This document shows positions 27,143 to 42,293 of a stretch of 64,000 nt of DNA, one piece after another (within the stretch, counting starts at the first letter, position 1; the number at the start of each line of letters is the position of its first letter). The stretch comes from the human T2T-CHM13v2.0 reference genome, Homo sapiens, in NCBI RefSeq assembly GCF_009914755.1, contig NC_060927.1; one strand, given 5' to 3'. Position numbers and translations under genes: made by a program. Below the pieces are notes generated by a model. It searched no databases, was not told where the DNA came from, and saw only the letters and a program-made list of their open reading frames with translations.

Positions 27143-27632
27143 TGTGAAAGTTGATTATCTAAATGGAGTCATACCTGTCATACCCAACTAAAATTTACAG
27201 TGCGGGGTGGGGGGGCATAGAGAAAAAACAAAAATGAAAACAAAACTCAGGTCTCAAAAGCCTGCTCCAGAAACTGTCCAGTAAGCCCAATTCAACGAAA
27301 CAGCTGCTACAGTTTTAAGACTAGTTTTACAAGGAAACAGCCACCATGACTTTAAAACTAGTTTTACCTAGAAATTGTGGCCACTGACCAATCAGAGCTC
27401 ACCAGCTCCTGCAAAAAACATGTTGCAAGCACCAAAGAGCTTTCTTTCATAACAACCCACATACTCTTTCTCCTTTCCCAATAAAACCTTCACCATTTTT
27501 TTGTTCTACCACATATCAGAGACCACCCTGGTCTACGCATGTGTACCAGATTGCAACCCTATTTCTTTGTTTATTCCAAAATAAACCCTCTTTTGCTTGG
27601 AGATTCATCTCTCTATATATTTGTTATTGATA
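27143..27632 (+). mobile_element. 3' LTR (MER83-like)
   Basis: tgtgaaagttgattatctaaatggagtc ... tgttattgata; homologous to the 5' LTR. Confidence 0.85.
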
Positions 27633-27842
27633 GAAGATAAAAAGCTAATAAGAGACTGTGTGAACATACACACAAATGAATAAAAGTTGGTGAACTACCT
27701 AAAATAAATGAGATCAAGCCTGTGTATTTTTGTCTTTAGCTTCCGGTTGGGAAGAATTTCTTCCTTTCTATAGCTGTGAGACCATCAACCAAAATTCAGA
27801 ACAAACTCCAATAAGTTGCAAAACACTGATCAAAATCAAATG

Positions 27843-28081
27843 CTCACTGCAGCCTCAAAATCCTGGGCTCAAGCTATCCTCCCACCTCAGCCACTGAGTA
27901 GCTAGGACTACAGGCGCATGACACCACGCCCAGCTAATTTTGTTGCTGTTGTTGTTGTAGAGAGAGGATCCCACTATGTTGCCCAGCGTGGTCTCAAACT
28001 CCTGGCTTCAAGTGATCCTCTTGCCTCAGCCTCCCAAAGTACTGGGAATACAGGCATGAGCGACCATACCTGGCCTAAATG

Positions 28082-28123
<42 letters not shown>
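27843..28123 (-). mobile_element. Truncated AluJ-like element followed by a (CT)n(AT)n microsatellite
   Basis: Reverse Alu lacking its tail portion; aaatgctc on both sides. Confidence 0.8.
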
Positions 28124-28124
<1 letters not shown>

Positions 28125-28245
28125 CTAACCTGTAAATTTAAAATTTCACCTAATGAGCCAGCTTAAACTGGAAATTTTGTTTTCTAATAACATTTGTTTT
28201 TTCTGATTGAACTGATGTTTTCCAACAGTAGCAAAAGCTGATGTA

Positions 28246-28502
28246 TAGCATTTAGAAGCTAAATGTAACTACCATGTAATGTAGTAGTAAATGTTACTAT
28301 GTAATAGTTACATAGTAACTAATAGTATGTATTAGTAGTACACAGTACTAATACTGCTGATACTACTGCTAGTACTATGTAACTGGTAGTTACATAGTAG
28401 TTACATTTTGCTACTAAATGTAACTGAATAGCATTTAGCTACTAAATTTATATATTTAAATCCATGTTTACTTACATTTAGCTACTAAATGCTATTCAGT
28501 TA
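28246..28502. repeat. AT-rich cluster of nested inverted repeats
   Basis: Several perfect stems of 10-18 bp (see findings). Confidence 0.85.
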
Positions 28503-29163
28503 GTAGTGAAATGTAAATATGTGTTTAAGTATATGAATTATATCTTTAACAGTCATGCCTATTCTTTAGCCCTACATTTGCCCTTTGTATTCTTACATAT
28601 TTTAAGATGAATATCAGATGTAGTTCTAGGTAAATGGGAAACTCATGATGCACGAAGACAGAAATGGAGAAATTGAGAAGATTTATGAAGATAGGTAGTA
28701 TTATAACATTTATCGGACACTCGCTATCTAACAGACTGTGTTCTAAGTCCTTTGTAGGTGTTACCTCCCATAATTTTCCCTGATATTATTGCTGTTTGTT
28801 CTCATTTTAGTGTTTTGGAAACTGATGCATGTGGATATTAAGTAAATGCCGAAGATCACACGAACTGTTTTAGAACAAAGATTCAAACTTAGGAAATCTG
28901 ATTCTAATGTTCACGTAGTTAATCACTGTATTAGAGTTTCTGCAGTGTACGGAAGTGTTAGTTTTACTGAGGATGTATTGAGTTTGTCTAGTAGATGTTT
29001 GGTCATTTGAAATGGAATATCTTAAAGATTGTGAAGGTATGAAATTGGCAGTGAGACAGAAGTGAAAGTCACTGATGGCAGACAGGTAAATACATGAATA
29101 ATTCAGTAGCTCAATTCATTCCAATGTATTTTCCTTTAGCACCTGCTTTGTGCCAGGTGCTGG

Positions 29164-30198
<1,035 letters not shown>

Positions 30199-30411
30199 CT
30201 GGCCTAAGAGATATGGATGAATTCAGGGTGAACAGGACATTTGAGGTCTCTGGTCTCACAGAGCTTACATTCTAGTGGGAGGAGATATAATAAATAAGCA
30301 AATCAGTAACATTTCAGTGCTATAAAAAAAATCAAGGTAATAGTGTCTTCGGATGTGTTTATGGAGGCTGCTGGCTGTTGACTACCTTAGATAGTTTATC
30401 TGATAGAATGA

Positions 30412-31289
<878 letters not shown>

Positions 31290-31834
31290 GAGAGAACATT
31301 TTAGGTGATGTCATATGTTGAGGAGCTAGCTGTGAGAAGATAAGGAGGTGGGAGTGAGGAACATTGAGAAGAAGAAACGAAAAGTGGGCGGCTCTGAGAA
31401 CGTAGCTGTACCCCAGACAGAAAAGTACTATACCATTATTATATTGTACTTTGCTTCTGTGTCAGCTTTCTCTATCATCCAGTGAGCTGTACAAATTATC
31501 TCAAAATCTTTAACACCTATTATATAGTAGACATTCAGTAAATTTATTTAACAAAGGGATGGATTTAGTAATCATTTCATTAAGATTTCATGTACCAGAT
31601 ACTTCAGAGATACAAAAATGACCAGGTGAAGGGCTGTGCCCTCAGTGAACTCAAAGTTGTGGGAAGCAGAGTTGTGAACAATTACTGATTACTAATACAA
31701 GGTGGTCAATGCTATTGGTGCTACTACAGCATTGGAAGGATGATATCTCACTGTATTTGAAAGATATGAGGAAACTGCATAGAAGTGGCAAAGTTAGAGG
31801 TGAGTGTTGAAATGTACCTAAATTAGTTGAGGGG

Positions 31835-32305
31835 TGTTAAAGAAAAAATTATTCAATGATCTTATTAAGGCATGGACAGGCAGAGTGCGTTCAAGACCAT
31901 TGCAATAGATATAGGAATTACTGCAACAGGGTCTTGTAGTTGGGGGAGGGATTGGGTTCAACTCCGAATATAGCATAAGCAAGTAGAAATTTATAGCAAA
32001 GAGCAGGCTGAGGGTCAGTGGATGAAAAATTACTAAGAGGAAATATCAGAGGTAAAGAGAATTCTGGTTAAACTCATCTCAAAGGATTCTTGCTGAAGAC
32101 AGCCAGGGTAATCAGACTTCACCTGGGGGTGAAAAGCGAAAGCGAAGGATGAGGACCCCAGTCAGATATCTAGGATGGGGGATTCTTACCAAACTGACAT
32201 AGCACGGTTCTTTGCTAAAACTGGATTTTACAAGAAAGTACACAGACAGACCTAGGACATGGCTGGTTTTCAAAAACCCCAAGAAGTTTAGGAGTAGAGA
32301 CAATA
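31835..32305 (-). mobile_element. MER31/MER67-like ERV1 LTR
   Basis: Minus strand ends gaataattttttctttaaca; subfamily uncertain. Confidence 0.6.
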
Positions 32306-32379
32306 AGTTAAAACCAGGAGTATATGCAGAAAGAGTAGTAGGCCAGGAAGCGTATTCAGGAAGTGTCTGTGGATCACAT

Positions 32380-33430
32380 TGAGGGACTAAGTGGCTAAGT
32401 TGGCTGGACTTCCTGGTTCAATAGGGACTTCCCTAAGGGGACTTTCCCCTAAGCCAAAATGAGTCATAGCTGCAAGCTAAGGGATTGAAACTTCAACCAA
32501 TCAAAGGGGACTTTCCCCTAAGCCAAAGTGAGTCCCAGCTGCAAATTAAGGGATTGAAACTTCAGCCAATCATATAGAGAGTTTAAGCTCTAGCTGCAGC
32601 CTGATGTTTTTAACCAATCAGGCCCACCAACCTAAGAGAGGAGACCACCCCTCATATTGTGTTATGCCCAATTTCTGCCTCCAAAGAAAGAAGAATTTAA
32701 AACAAAAAGGCAGAAATGAAATCCACAGGCAGACAGCCCAGCACTGTGCTCTGGGCCTGGTAGTTACAGATTGACCCCTGACCTAACCGATATGTTATCT
32801 ATAGATTCCAGACATTGTATGGAAAAGCATTGTGAAAATCCCTGTCCTATTCTGTTCTGTTCCGATTACCAGTGCATGCAGCTCCCAGTCACATACCCAC
32901 TACTTGCTCAATCGATCACGACCCACTCACGCAGACCCTCTTAGAGTTGTATGCCCTTAAAAGGGACAGGAATTGCTCACTCCGGGAGCTCGGTTTTCGA
33001 AGATGTGAGTCCGCCAATGCTCCCAGCTGAATAAAGCCCTTTCCTTCCATAACTCGGTGTCTGAGCGGTTCTTGTCTGTGGCTCGTCCGGCTACAAACCC
33101 ACAAGTGGATAGAAAATAACCTAATCCTATGGGACAGAAAAAGGAAAAGGGGAGGAGTCATAAGGGGATATAAACATAAGATACCCAAACCAGAAATGGC
33201 AACCCTTCCAGGTTCCCTTCCACCACGTGGAAGCTTTACTTTCGCTTTCCCTTTACTTTTGCTTTGGCTTTAATAAATCTTGCCACCGCACAGTCTTTGG
33301 GTCCACGCATTTCTCTAGTGAAGCTGTAACACTTGCCACTGTGGTCCACGGCTTCATTCCTTGAAGCCTGTGAGACCATGAACCCTTCGATAGAGAAAAA
33401 CCTTTGATCGGAAGAAGACTTCTCGTCTCA
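32380..33430 (+). mobile_element. ERV1 solo LTR related to HERV9/HERV-W (LTR12/17/30-like U5), split by LTR2
   Basis: TG...CA termini, 4-bp TSD acat, TATAAA and AATAAA, ctttgggtccacgc...gctgtaacact U5 motif. Confidence 0.75.
32633..33095 (+). mobile_element. LTR2-family (HERV-E/Harlequin) solo LTR
   Basis: taagagaggagaccacccctcatattg ... gctcgtccggctaca; 4-bp TSD aacc. Confidence 0.88.
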
Positions 33431-33449
33431 ACATTAAAGGACAAAGAAG

Positions 33450-34185
33450 CCAACTCTAAGGCATGCCATTAGCTTTAATAATCTGAGTGTAATAAATAAT
33501 AATGATCATAACGGATTAAAACATCAGATCTGTAAAAAATGCATGCATTCATAATGATATCAAACAAACAAAAACTTTGTGGTTAACTCTGGAGTTTGGT
33601 AGGGCACCAACTCATGTCTCTGAAATTTCATAATTAAAAAGAACAAATCCAGCATTTACCCAGTCTTTCCTCTATGAGATTATCCTGGTTATCTCAGGAT
33701 AACCAATGAGTTGGTATGAAAAGATTCCTTTTATAGAAGAACCTCTGGTAATAATAGAGAATTATTGAAAGGATTAGAAATTCACTGCTCTAGGATAAAA
33801 GACTTAAGAGACATACCAAAATGCAACATGAGGACTTTTTTTGGATCTTGACTGGAACAAACCAACTATAAAAGATAATTTGGACTCAAACAGGAAAATT
33901 GGAATTATTTATAGTACTAAGGAATTATTGTTAATTTTGTTAGATATGATAACGGTAGTTAAATTTTTAAAATCTATATCAGTTTGAGATGCAGACTAAT
34001 TTAAGGGTAAAATAATATTATGTCTAGGATTTCTTTAAAAAAGAGGGGAAGGAAACTGAAACTTGATTGGCAAAATGTTGCTAAATGTTGATTCTGAGGG
34101 ATGGGTTACTTGAGGGTTTGTTATTAAAAGTAGAATCACTTTTGCTTATGTTTAAAATTTTCCATTATAAATAGTTTTCAAAAGC
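33450..34185 (+). mobile_element. Old L1 (L1MC/MD-like) 3' fragment
   Basis: A-rich L1 3'UTR-like motifs (gacttaagagacata, tttaaaattttccat). Confidence 0.55.
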
Positions 34186-34539
34186 AGAGCCAGTGCCTAC
34201 CCCACATCATCTTCTGTTATTTAATGCCCAGGACTCAGAAAGGGTCAGCAGTCTCAGATCAACAGTTACTGATGTCCTAACCCACCCTAAACACTGATGC
34301 TAATGAGTGTGGGGCAAAGTTCACAGCGTGCTAAGGAGCAACATTTAGGAACCTGACTGGATTCCGCAGCTCTCGGGACAAGCCCCCTGGAAAAGGGCTG
34401 GGGGGAGGGGCGGGGAGGCACCCAATTATTCTAGAAGGTTCTGAGATCTCCCAGGGATTTCCGAGAGGCTACGAGGTGTAACTGGCAAATCAATGACTTA
34501 AGAGTAGCTTTCTCCCAGCCTCCCCGCTGGCTCTGGAGT

Positions 34540-35240
<701 letters not shown>

Positions 35241-36198
35241 TCAACGTTCCTGCATAAAATGCCCTACAAAAATTATCTTTTCTCTCCAACTCTCTGGGCA
35301 AATCCAAGTTGGGCGAAAAGAAGTGCCAGTTTATCCCATGCTTGTTTTTAGGTTTTTTGTTGTTGTTGTTGTTTGTTTTTTTTAACTTCTGCGTCAAAGC
35401 ATTGCTTATAGACTGGGTCCGCTGGCTCCTCTTGGGCCAATAAAACCCCAGTTTATTTTAACGGCTTGGTTGTCCATTTTATGTTTTCTCTCTCTCCACG
35501 CTCCTTGAGTTCCTTAAGTTCCTGTTCTACACATTTTTGTAGCCTTCTGAGCACCTATTCTAGTGCTGATACATATACTAGGCGCTTCAATAAATAAATG
35601 TTTATTGAATTTGCCGTGGCAAGAACTGTAACCAGCTATAAGCATGATTTTTTCCAATTTTGCCCTCTGCAATCCCAGGTTTTTCACCTGAACCTTGCAT
35701 TGCTTTCAGCAATGTGGTGTTGCCTCTGGGAATCCCAGTCTCCTTTGTGTGGGAATCTAGGGTACACATTCCTAGATAGAGGCTGTGTAATGATTGCTGA
35801 CATATTCTGGCCAGTGTTTTTCTGTATTTACTCTTGGTTTTGTGAAATAAATCAAGTTAGCTCCTGTAAACACATCACCATGTTTTTTTTTCACGGGTAA
35901 TTTGAGAAGGAGGACAAACATCTCCCCAAAGTATTTATTAAGCTGGTTGTTTCTTTGATGCCGAAGTGTCTCTTTTGCAGAGGAATTGCTAAATGTTTCC
36001 ATGTCCCTTGCTAAGAACAGAAATTCACTCAGAGTAGATCAAATAAAAGTTTGGATTGTTATAAAACAATCTCGCCGCTAGTCATGGACAGGAAGCGAAG
36101 TATAGCCAGGGCGGATGAGAACCTGGATGGGGAAAATCAGAACTAAGATGCTGTGCTCTCCTGCTTTCTTTCTTTGACCTTATGACCTTTCACCTTGT

Positions 36199-36389
36199 TA
36201 GGGTTGCCACATTTAGCAAATAAAAATACAAGAGGCACCGTTAAGCTTGAATTTCAGATAATGAATAATATTTTAGTATAAATTTTTGTCCTGTGCAATA
36301 TTTTGGAACACATTTATACTAAAAAATTATTCATTGTGTATCTGAATTTAAATTTAACTGGGCATCCTGTATTTTATCTGGCAACTCTA
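36199..36389. mobile_element. MER53 palindromic MITE
   Basis: tagggttgcca ... tggcaactcta terminal inverted repeats with an internal palindrome. Confidence 0.85.
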
Positions 36390-36419
36390 GCCTTCTTTCT
36401 ATGTATAATCAAGCCCCAA

Positions 36420-36786
36420 GTAATGATATTTCGGTCAACAGTGGACTACATGTATAAGGATGGTCCCATAAGATTATAATGAAGTTGAAAAACTCCAATT
36501 ACTTCGTGACATTGTAGCTGTCATAACATTGTAGCCCAATGCATCACTTTTTCTGTGTTTAGATATACAAATACCATTGTGTTACAACTGTCTACAGTAT
36601 TCAGTACAATAACATGCTGTATGGGTTTGTAGCCTAGGAGCAATAGGCTATACTATATAGCCTAGGTGTGGAGTAGGCTATACCAGCTAGGTTTATGTTA
36701 AGTACCCTCTGATATTTACACAACGATAAGCTCACCTCATAACCCGTTTCTAAGAACGTATCCCCATCATTAAGCAACACATCTCT
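36420..36786 (+). mobile_element. Tigger3-like MITE
   Basis: tttcggtcaac, ggtcccataagattataat, tagcctaggagcaataggcta motifs. Confidence 0.75.
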
Positions 36787-37049
36787 ATGCTTGCTTCCTT
36801 CCATCTGACAGAAAGCCTCTTGTGTATGGATTTCTCTTACTATGATAGGGACTAGGGTGGCGTGCTTCTTGACTAATTAGCCCTAAAGCTCACCACCAAT
36901 TGTATAGCGTCTTTGTGTATTGTAGCTGAAAATTTAAGTTAGAAATTTAAGATTGGTTGTTGGCTGGCCAATGAATTGACTGGCCTTGGGCCAGGTTTCC
37001 ACCTTGACAGAACTGTGGTGGTGCAAAGATGAACACCTTTCCAGGTTCT

Positions 37050-37535
37050 TTTACCCTTCCTTACGAAGCCCTATGTGATTAGTTCCCTAGTTACTTCTCT
37101 GGCCTCTTATCTACTCTCTTTCCCCTCCTTCATTCTGCCTCATTTGTCCTGGTTTCTTTGCTATTCTTCAGACGTATCAGGCATGTTCCCATCCTAGGGA
37201 CTTTGCTGTTCTTCAGATGTATCAGGCATGCTCCCATCCTAGAATGTTCTTCAGATATCTAACTAGCTAACTCCCTCACCTTCAAGTCTCCTTACATGCC
37301 ACCTTCTCAAGGGCCTGCCCCGACCACCCTAGTTAAAATTGCAACCCAATCTTCCTTACCCGATTTCTTCTTTTTTAAAAATAACAACCCTCAAATTCTA
37401 ATGTGTAATTTGCTAGTTTATTATGTTTGTTGTTTGTTGTCTCTCTCTCATGAAGTCAAAGATTTTTGTCATTTTGTTGATGTATTCTAAGCACCTAGAT
37501 AGAGTAGCCAGTCAATAAACATGTGTTGAATGAAG
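37050..37535 (+). mobile_element. L2 fragment
   Basis: L2-like 3' end caataaacatgtgttgaatgaa. Confidence 0.55.
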
Positions 37536-38413
37536 GAGCAAAAAGAGCCTGAGCCTCTTGCAGCTTTTCAGCCTTGGTGGGAATATCCAATGTCTGCATT
37601 CAGTAAATCGTATTTGTTGGGTTACTAATGAATTATTAGGTTTTAGGAATTGACACACATTATCCAAATTCAAAAGAGACTTGTTTCTAAATCACAATTC
37701 CCAAATTATTAATTTCTATGGAGAAATATGTGTTACCATGTTATCTAGACTAGCTGGTCAGGGTATTTGCCTCCCCAGAGACAAGTCTACTTGGGAAATC
37801 AAGTGTATCCAAAGGCTGCTTGTTAATTTAATGGCAAATCAGTTGATTTTAAAGGGTGGTACAGTATAGTCAATCATGAATATTCTTCATCACTTTAAAG
37901 ATATACCTGATAAACAGATACTTATAATAGCAGGGCAATATTTTGTTGAACTTTGTAAAAATAACAGTTCCATCATCAGCAAACTTACAAACTTAAGGGG
38001 TGAATTCTGAAGATAGCTGATTTTTTTTTTAACCGTGTTCACCAATTCTGAGATATCATGTGGTTTGCATCTTTCTAGTGCACCAAATATGGGAGATGGT
38101 ATAAATGTATTGCTTCTTTCACTTGCAAATTGGCATAGTGCGTATATACAAGGTCTTTCCCTTGAAGAATTTTTTGGGTTACCCAGGCTCAAAAGGAGTT
38201 TTGTTCGTAGGAGAGAAGAAAGTGTGTTCAGGGTGTAGTACTTGAAAACATGCTAGACTTTCTTTATGAATTCCACTTCCGTAAGCTGACTTGGAATACT
38301 CAGAAAAGAAAAACATCTTGACAACTGTTGCTGGTAGAAGTGGTAGAGTAACAGGGCCACATGCACAACAGAGCATGAGCTGCTGCAGAGTCAGACAATA
38401 TTTAAACTTTTAA

Positions 38414-38668
<255 letters not shown>

Positions 38669-39108
38669 TAATCACCAAATCTTCACTGGATTTTAGGTTC
38701 CACAGAAATTACCTTGCCAAGATTACTGGAGGGCAAAGCATCTTAATACGTGTGGCTCATTGTGAGGATTAAGTCACCAATAATGAACAGAGAACCCATA
38801 AGCTAATTTATTTCAATGGGATAAATTTAATAATATATGCCCATGTTAAAAGAATTCAAGTAGTATAAAAGCATATACAGTGTGAAGTAAATTCTAGCCC
38901 TATCCCCTACCCCCTCCACATAAACAGCCATTGTCATCAGTTTCTTGGGCATGTATTTAAAGATATTTTACGCATACAGCAATAACCCCTCTTCTTATGC
39001 TGTATACATTGTTTTGTATGTTTTTAAAAAGAGTTTACAATGTAATTAAAATGCTTTAGAAAAGCTGATGGTATAATTTTGTCCTTTGCCTCCCTTCTCT
39101 AACATTAG

Positions 39109-39267
<159 letters not shown>

Positions 39268-39704
39268 TAAGTGTCGGGTGGCTCCAGGGCCTAAAATAAA
39301 TGCATTAAAAGCATTTCTTTAAATTCATTTACCATGTGTGGTTTTAAAATGTTCAGTTGTGGTGTTATACCTAGGCCAAATTTTCTTTCTAAACCTCTTT
39401 TGACCAAACAAACCTGATTATATATTGTATATATGAGATATATATATATATATAATTTTGTCATATATATAATGACAACTTGCCACCAAAGGTAGGGATG
39501 ATTGAGTTTGTTGTTGCTTGGATCCAACTTAGCAACTGAAAGTGCTCTGTTCTGCTAGTATCTAAAATATTTTTTGGGAACTTGGGGCCAAAGCACCTTC
39601 AAGAATAAGTCGAATTCTTTATTCTTTTAATTACTTACAAGTTCACATTTAGTAAATTAAAAATTATAAAGCCTTTTAACCTGGACATAGAAAAAGTGTC
39701 TTTT

Positions 39705-39988
39705 GGCCAGGCACAGTGGCTCACGCCTGTAATCCCAGCACTTTGGGAGGCCGAGGCAGGCGGATCATGAGGTCAGGAGATTGAGACCATCCTGGCTAAC
39801 ACGGTGAAACCCCGTCTCTACTAAAAATACAAAAAGTTAGCCGGGTGTGGTGGCAGGTGCCTGTAGTCCCAGCTACTTGGGAGGCTGAGGCAGGAGAATG
39901 GCATGAACCCAGGAGGTGGAGATTGCACCACTGCACTCCAGCCTGGGTGACAGAGCGAGACTCTGTCTCAAAAAAAAAAAAAAAAAAA
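39705..39988 (+). mobile_element. Alu (Y/Sc-like, small internal deletion)
   Basis: TSD aaaaa(g/t)tgtctttt. Confidence 0.9.
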
Positions 39989-40235
39989 TTGTCTTTTAAT
40001 ATTTTGCTATTCTTGTGTGCTTTTAATTAAAATTGGGCATTTTTGTATGTGGGATTTCATAAATCCACTCTTTTCTCAGCTCTTGCTCTGTCTGACTAGG
40101 TTCTGGTCTCCTGGCTCAGGGGAAGAATCATATATACTCTAAGTTGTATGGCAGTCAAATGCAGGTTATGGAAGACTTTACTCTCAGTATGAGATACTCT
40201 GTGTAGGTCCTACTCTATACACATAGAAATATTAA

Positions 40236-40379
<144 letters not shown>

Positions 40380-41542
40380 TAGAACATAATTACTAATGAA
40401 TATTTGAGCCCTAATATTATTAGAGAACCTCTTTATGATAATAATAATAGTTATCATTTTTCAGTGCATACAACGTGCCAGACTCTATTTTAAGTGCTTT
40501 ACATGCATATGATCTAATCGTTAAAACAGAAATGTAGGCTAAGATATATATGATCCCTGTTTTACCAGTAATGAAGCTGAGACCGAGAGATGATAAATAG
40601 ATTGCTCAAGGTCATATAAGATAGCAAGGGGTAGATCTGGGGTTCCAACTAAGCCTGCCTGACTTTAGAGATACTGATTGCAACTAAGAATATGTATTTG
40701 AAAATATTTGAAATGAAGTCATCAAATGAACGACACACAGTTGGAGATACCATGAAGTCATAGTGAAGGGGAAACTTGTGTTCAAAGGGATAACATTTGT
40801 TCTCTTTGTATGAATCTTGCCTAAACCAACAAGGCCAAAAGGTTCGTTTTATTTCATTTGTGATTTATGCTTATGTAATAACCATATACTCAAATCAAAT
40901 TAAAATTAGATGGGGATTTCCTTATATATCCTACTGGAGTTAGAAAAAATAGTCTTGATACCACATCTGTATAAGCTTCCTTGAGAAAGTAAATTTCTAA
41001 TCCACATTATTATTTATGAGCAACCTCCTTATGGAAATTTTGTGATACTGACTTTTCCAGAGAAATGTTAAATTCTTAACTGTTAACTATACAATTCTGT
41101 ACAGTTAACTGTACAATTCTTAACTTTTAGGGGGAGGCTTCATATTAAATCACTGTGAATTCCAGAATGTCTCAGGAACTTGAGAAGTTGTTGGGAACTA
41201 ATGGCCAGCTGAAGCCCAAGTACAGGGCTTAAAGTGTGGCTTCTTCAAGTGTGACTTGTTTCCCATCTGAAGAGAAAATACAGGAGTGTTTATTAAGAAT
41301 GCACATTCATTGGCTCTACCCTATATGTACTGAATCTCATGGGCCAGACCTGGGAATCTGCATTTTAGACAAGAACCTCCCCACCCTGCAGTGATTTTTT
41401 ATGTCCAGAAGTTTGAGTAACACTGATATATGGGATATTTAAGCTCACTGATTTTTAAGGGACAAATATTAGAGCTGGAAGAGAGCTTAGAGTGCATTCA
41501 TTGCAAAAGTCCCACACATTTATGTTTTCTTTTTCCTCCCAG

Positions 41543-41599
41543 GCCTTTTCTCCCATTTTTTCAGCAGATGCCATTCAATGTTGTTTATGCCGTATCCAA
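41543..41599 (+). CDS. CFAP91: CFAP91 exon 5
   Basis: cctcccag|G, PFLPFFQQMPFNVVYAVS, |gtaagt; 57 nt, cumulative 500. Confidence 0.88.
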
Positions 41600-41902
41600 G
41601 TAAGTAACCATTATTTGAAAACTCTTTTTCAGTTTATTTATTGTTTGCTTCCATATTTTTTCTTAGAAGATAGTTCACTAAATCACTATTTTTCAAATTG
41701 TGGATCACAAAACATTAGAAGGGTATGAAATCTTCTAGTGTGTCATGAGCAGCATTTTAAAACATGAAACAGAATAGAAAATAACCAAAGCATCAAGTAT
41801 ATGGAGGGTAAGTTGGTTTTTGTTTATAACTTTTGTTTCAGAAAAATATATGCATATGTTTATATGTATATGATGGATTATGATATAAAATGTATTTCTT
41901 AC

Positions 41903-42293
41903 TGTTAGTTGTCCATTTGTGCTGCTATAACAAATTAACAGATTGGGTGATATAAATAAAATAAATTTATTTCTTGAAGTTCTGAAGGCTGGGCAGTCCA
42001 AGAAGCAAGGCAGTCCAATGGGCAGTCAGTGTCGGTGAGGGCCTTCTTGCTGTGTCTTCACATGGCAGAAGAAGCAAATGCTGTGTCCTCACGTGGAGGA
42101 AGGTGGAAGGCCAAAAAGGACCTATGCTAGTTCTCTGTAATCCTTTTATAAGGCACTAATCCATTGATGAGGGTGGAGTCCTCGTGACTTAATCACTTCC
42201 CCTAAAAGCCTTACCTCTTAATACCACGACAATGGGGACTAAGTTTAAACATGAATTTTGGAGAAGACACAGACACATATTCAAATTGTAGCA
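41903..42293 (-). mobile_element. MST/MLT1A-type MaLR LTR
   Basis: gtccatttgtgctgctataacaaa ... cttcacatggcagaa ... tgtagca. Confidence 0.7.
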
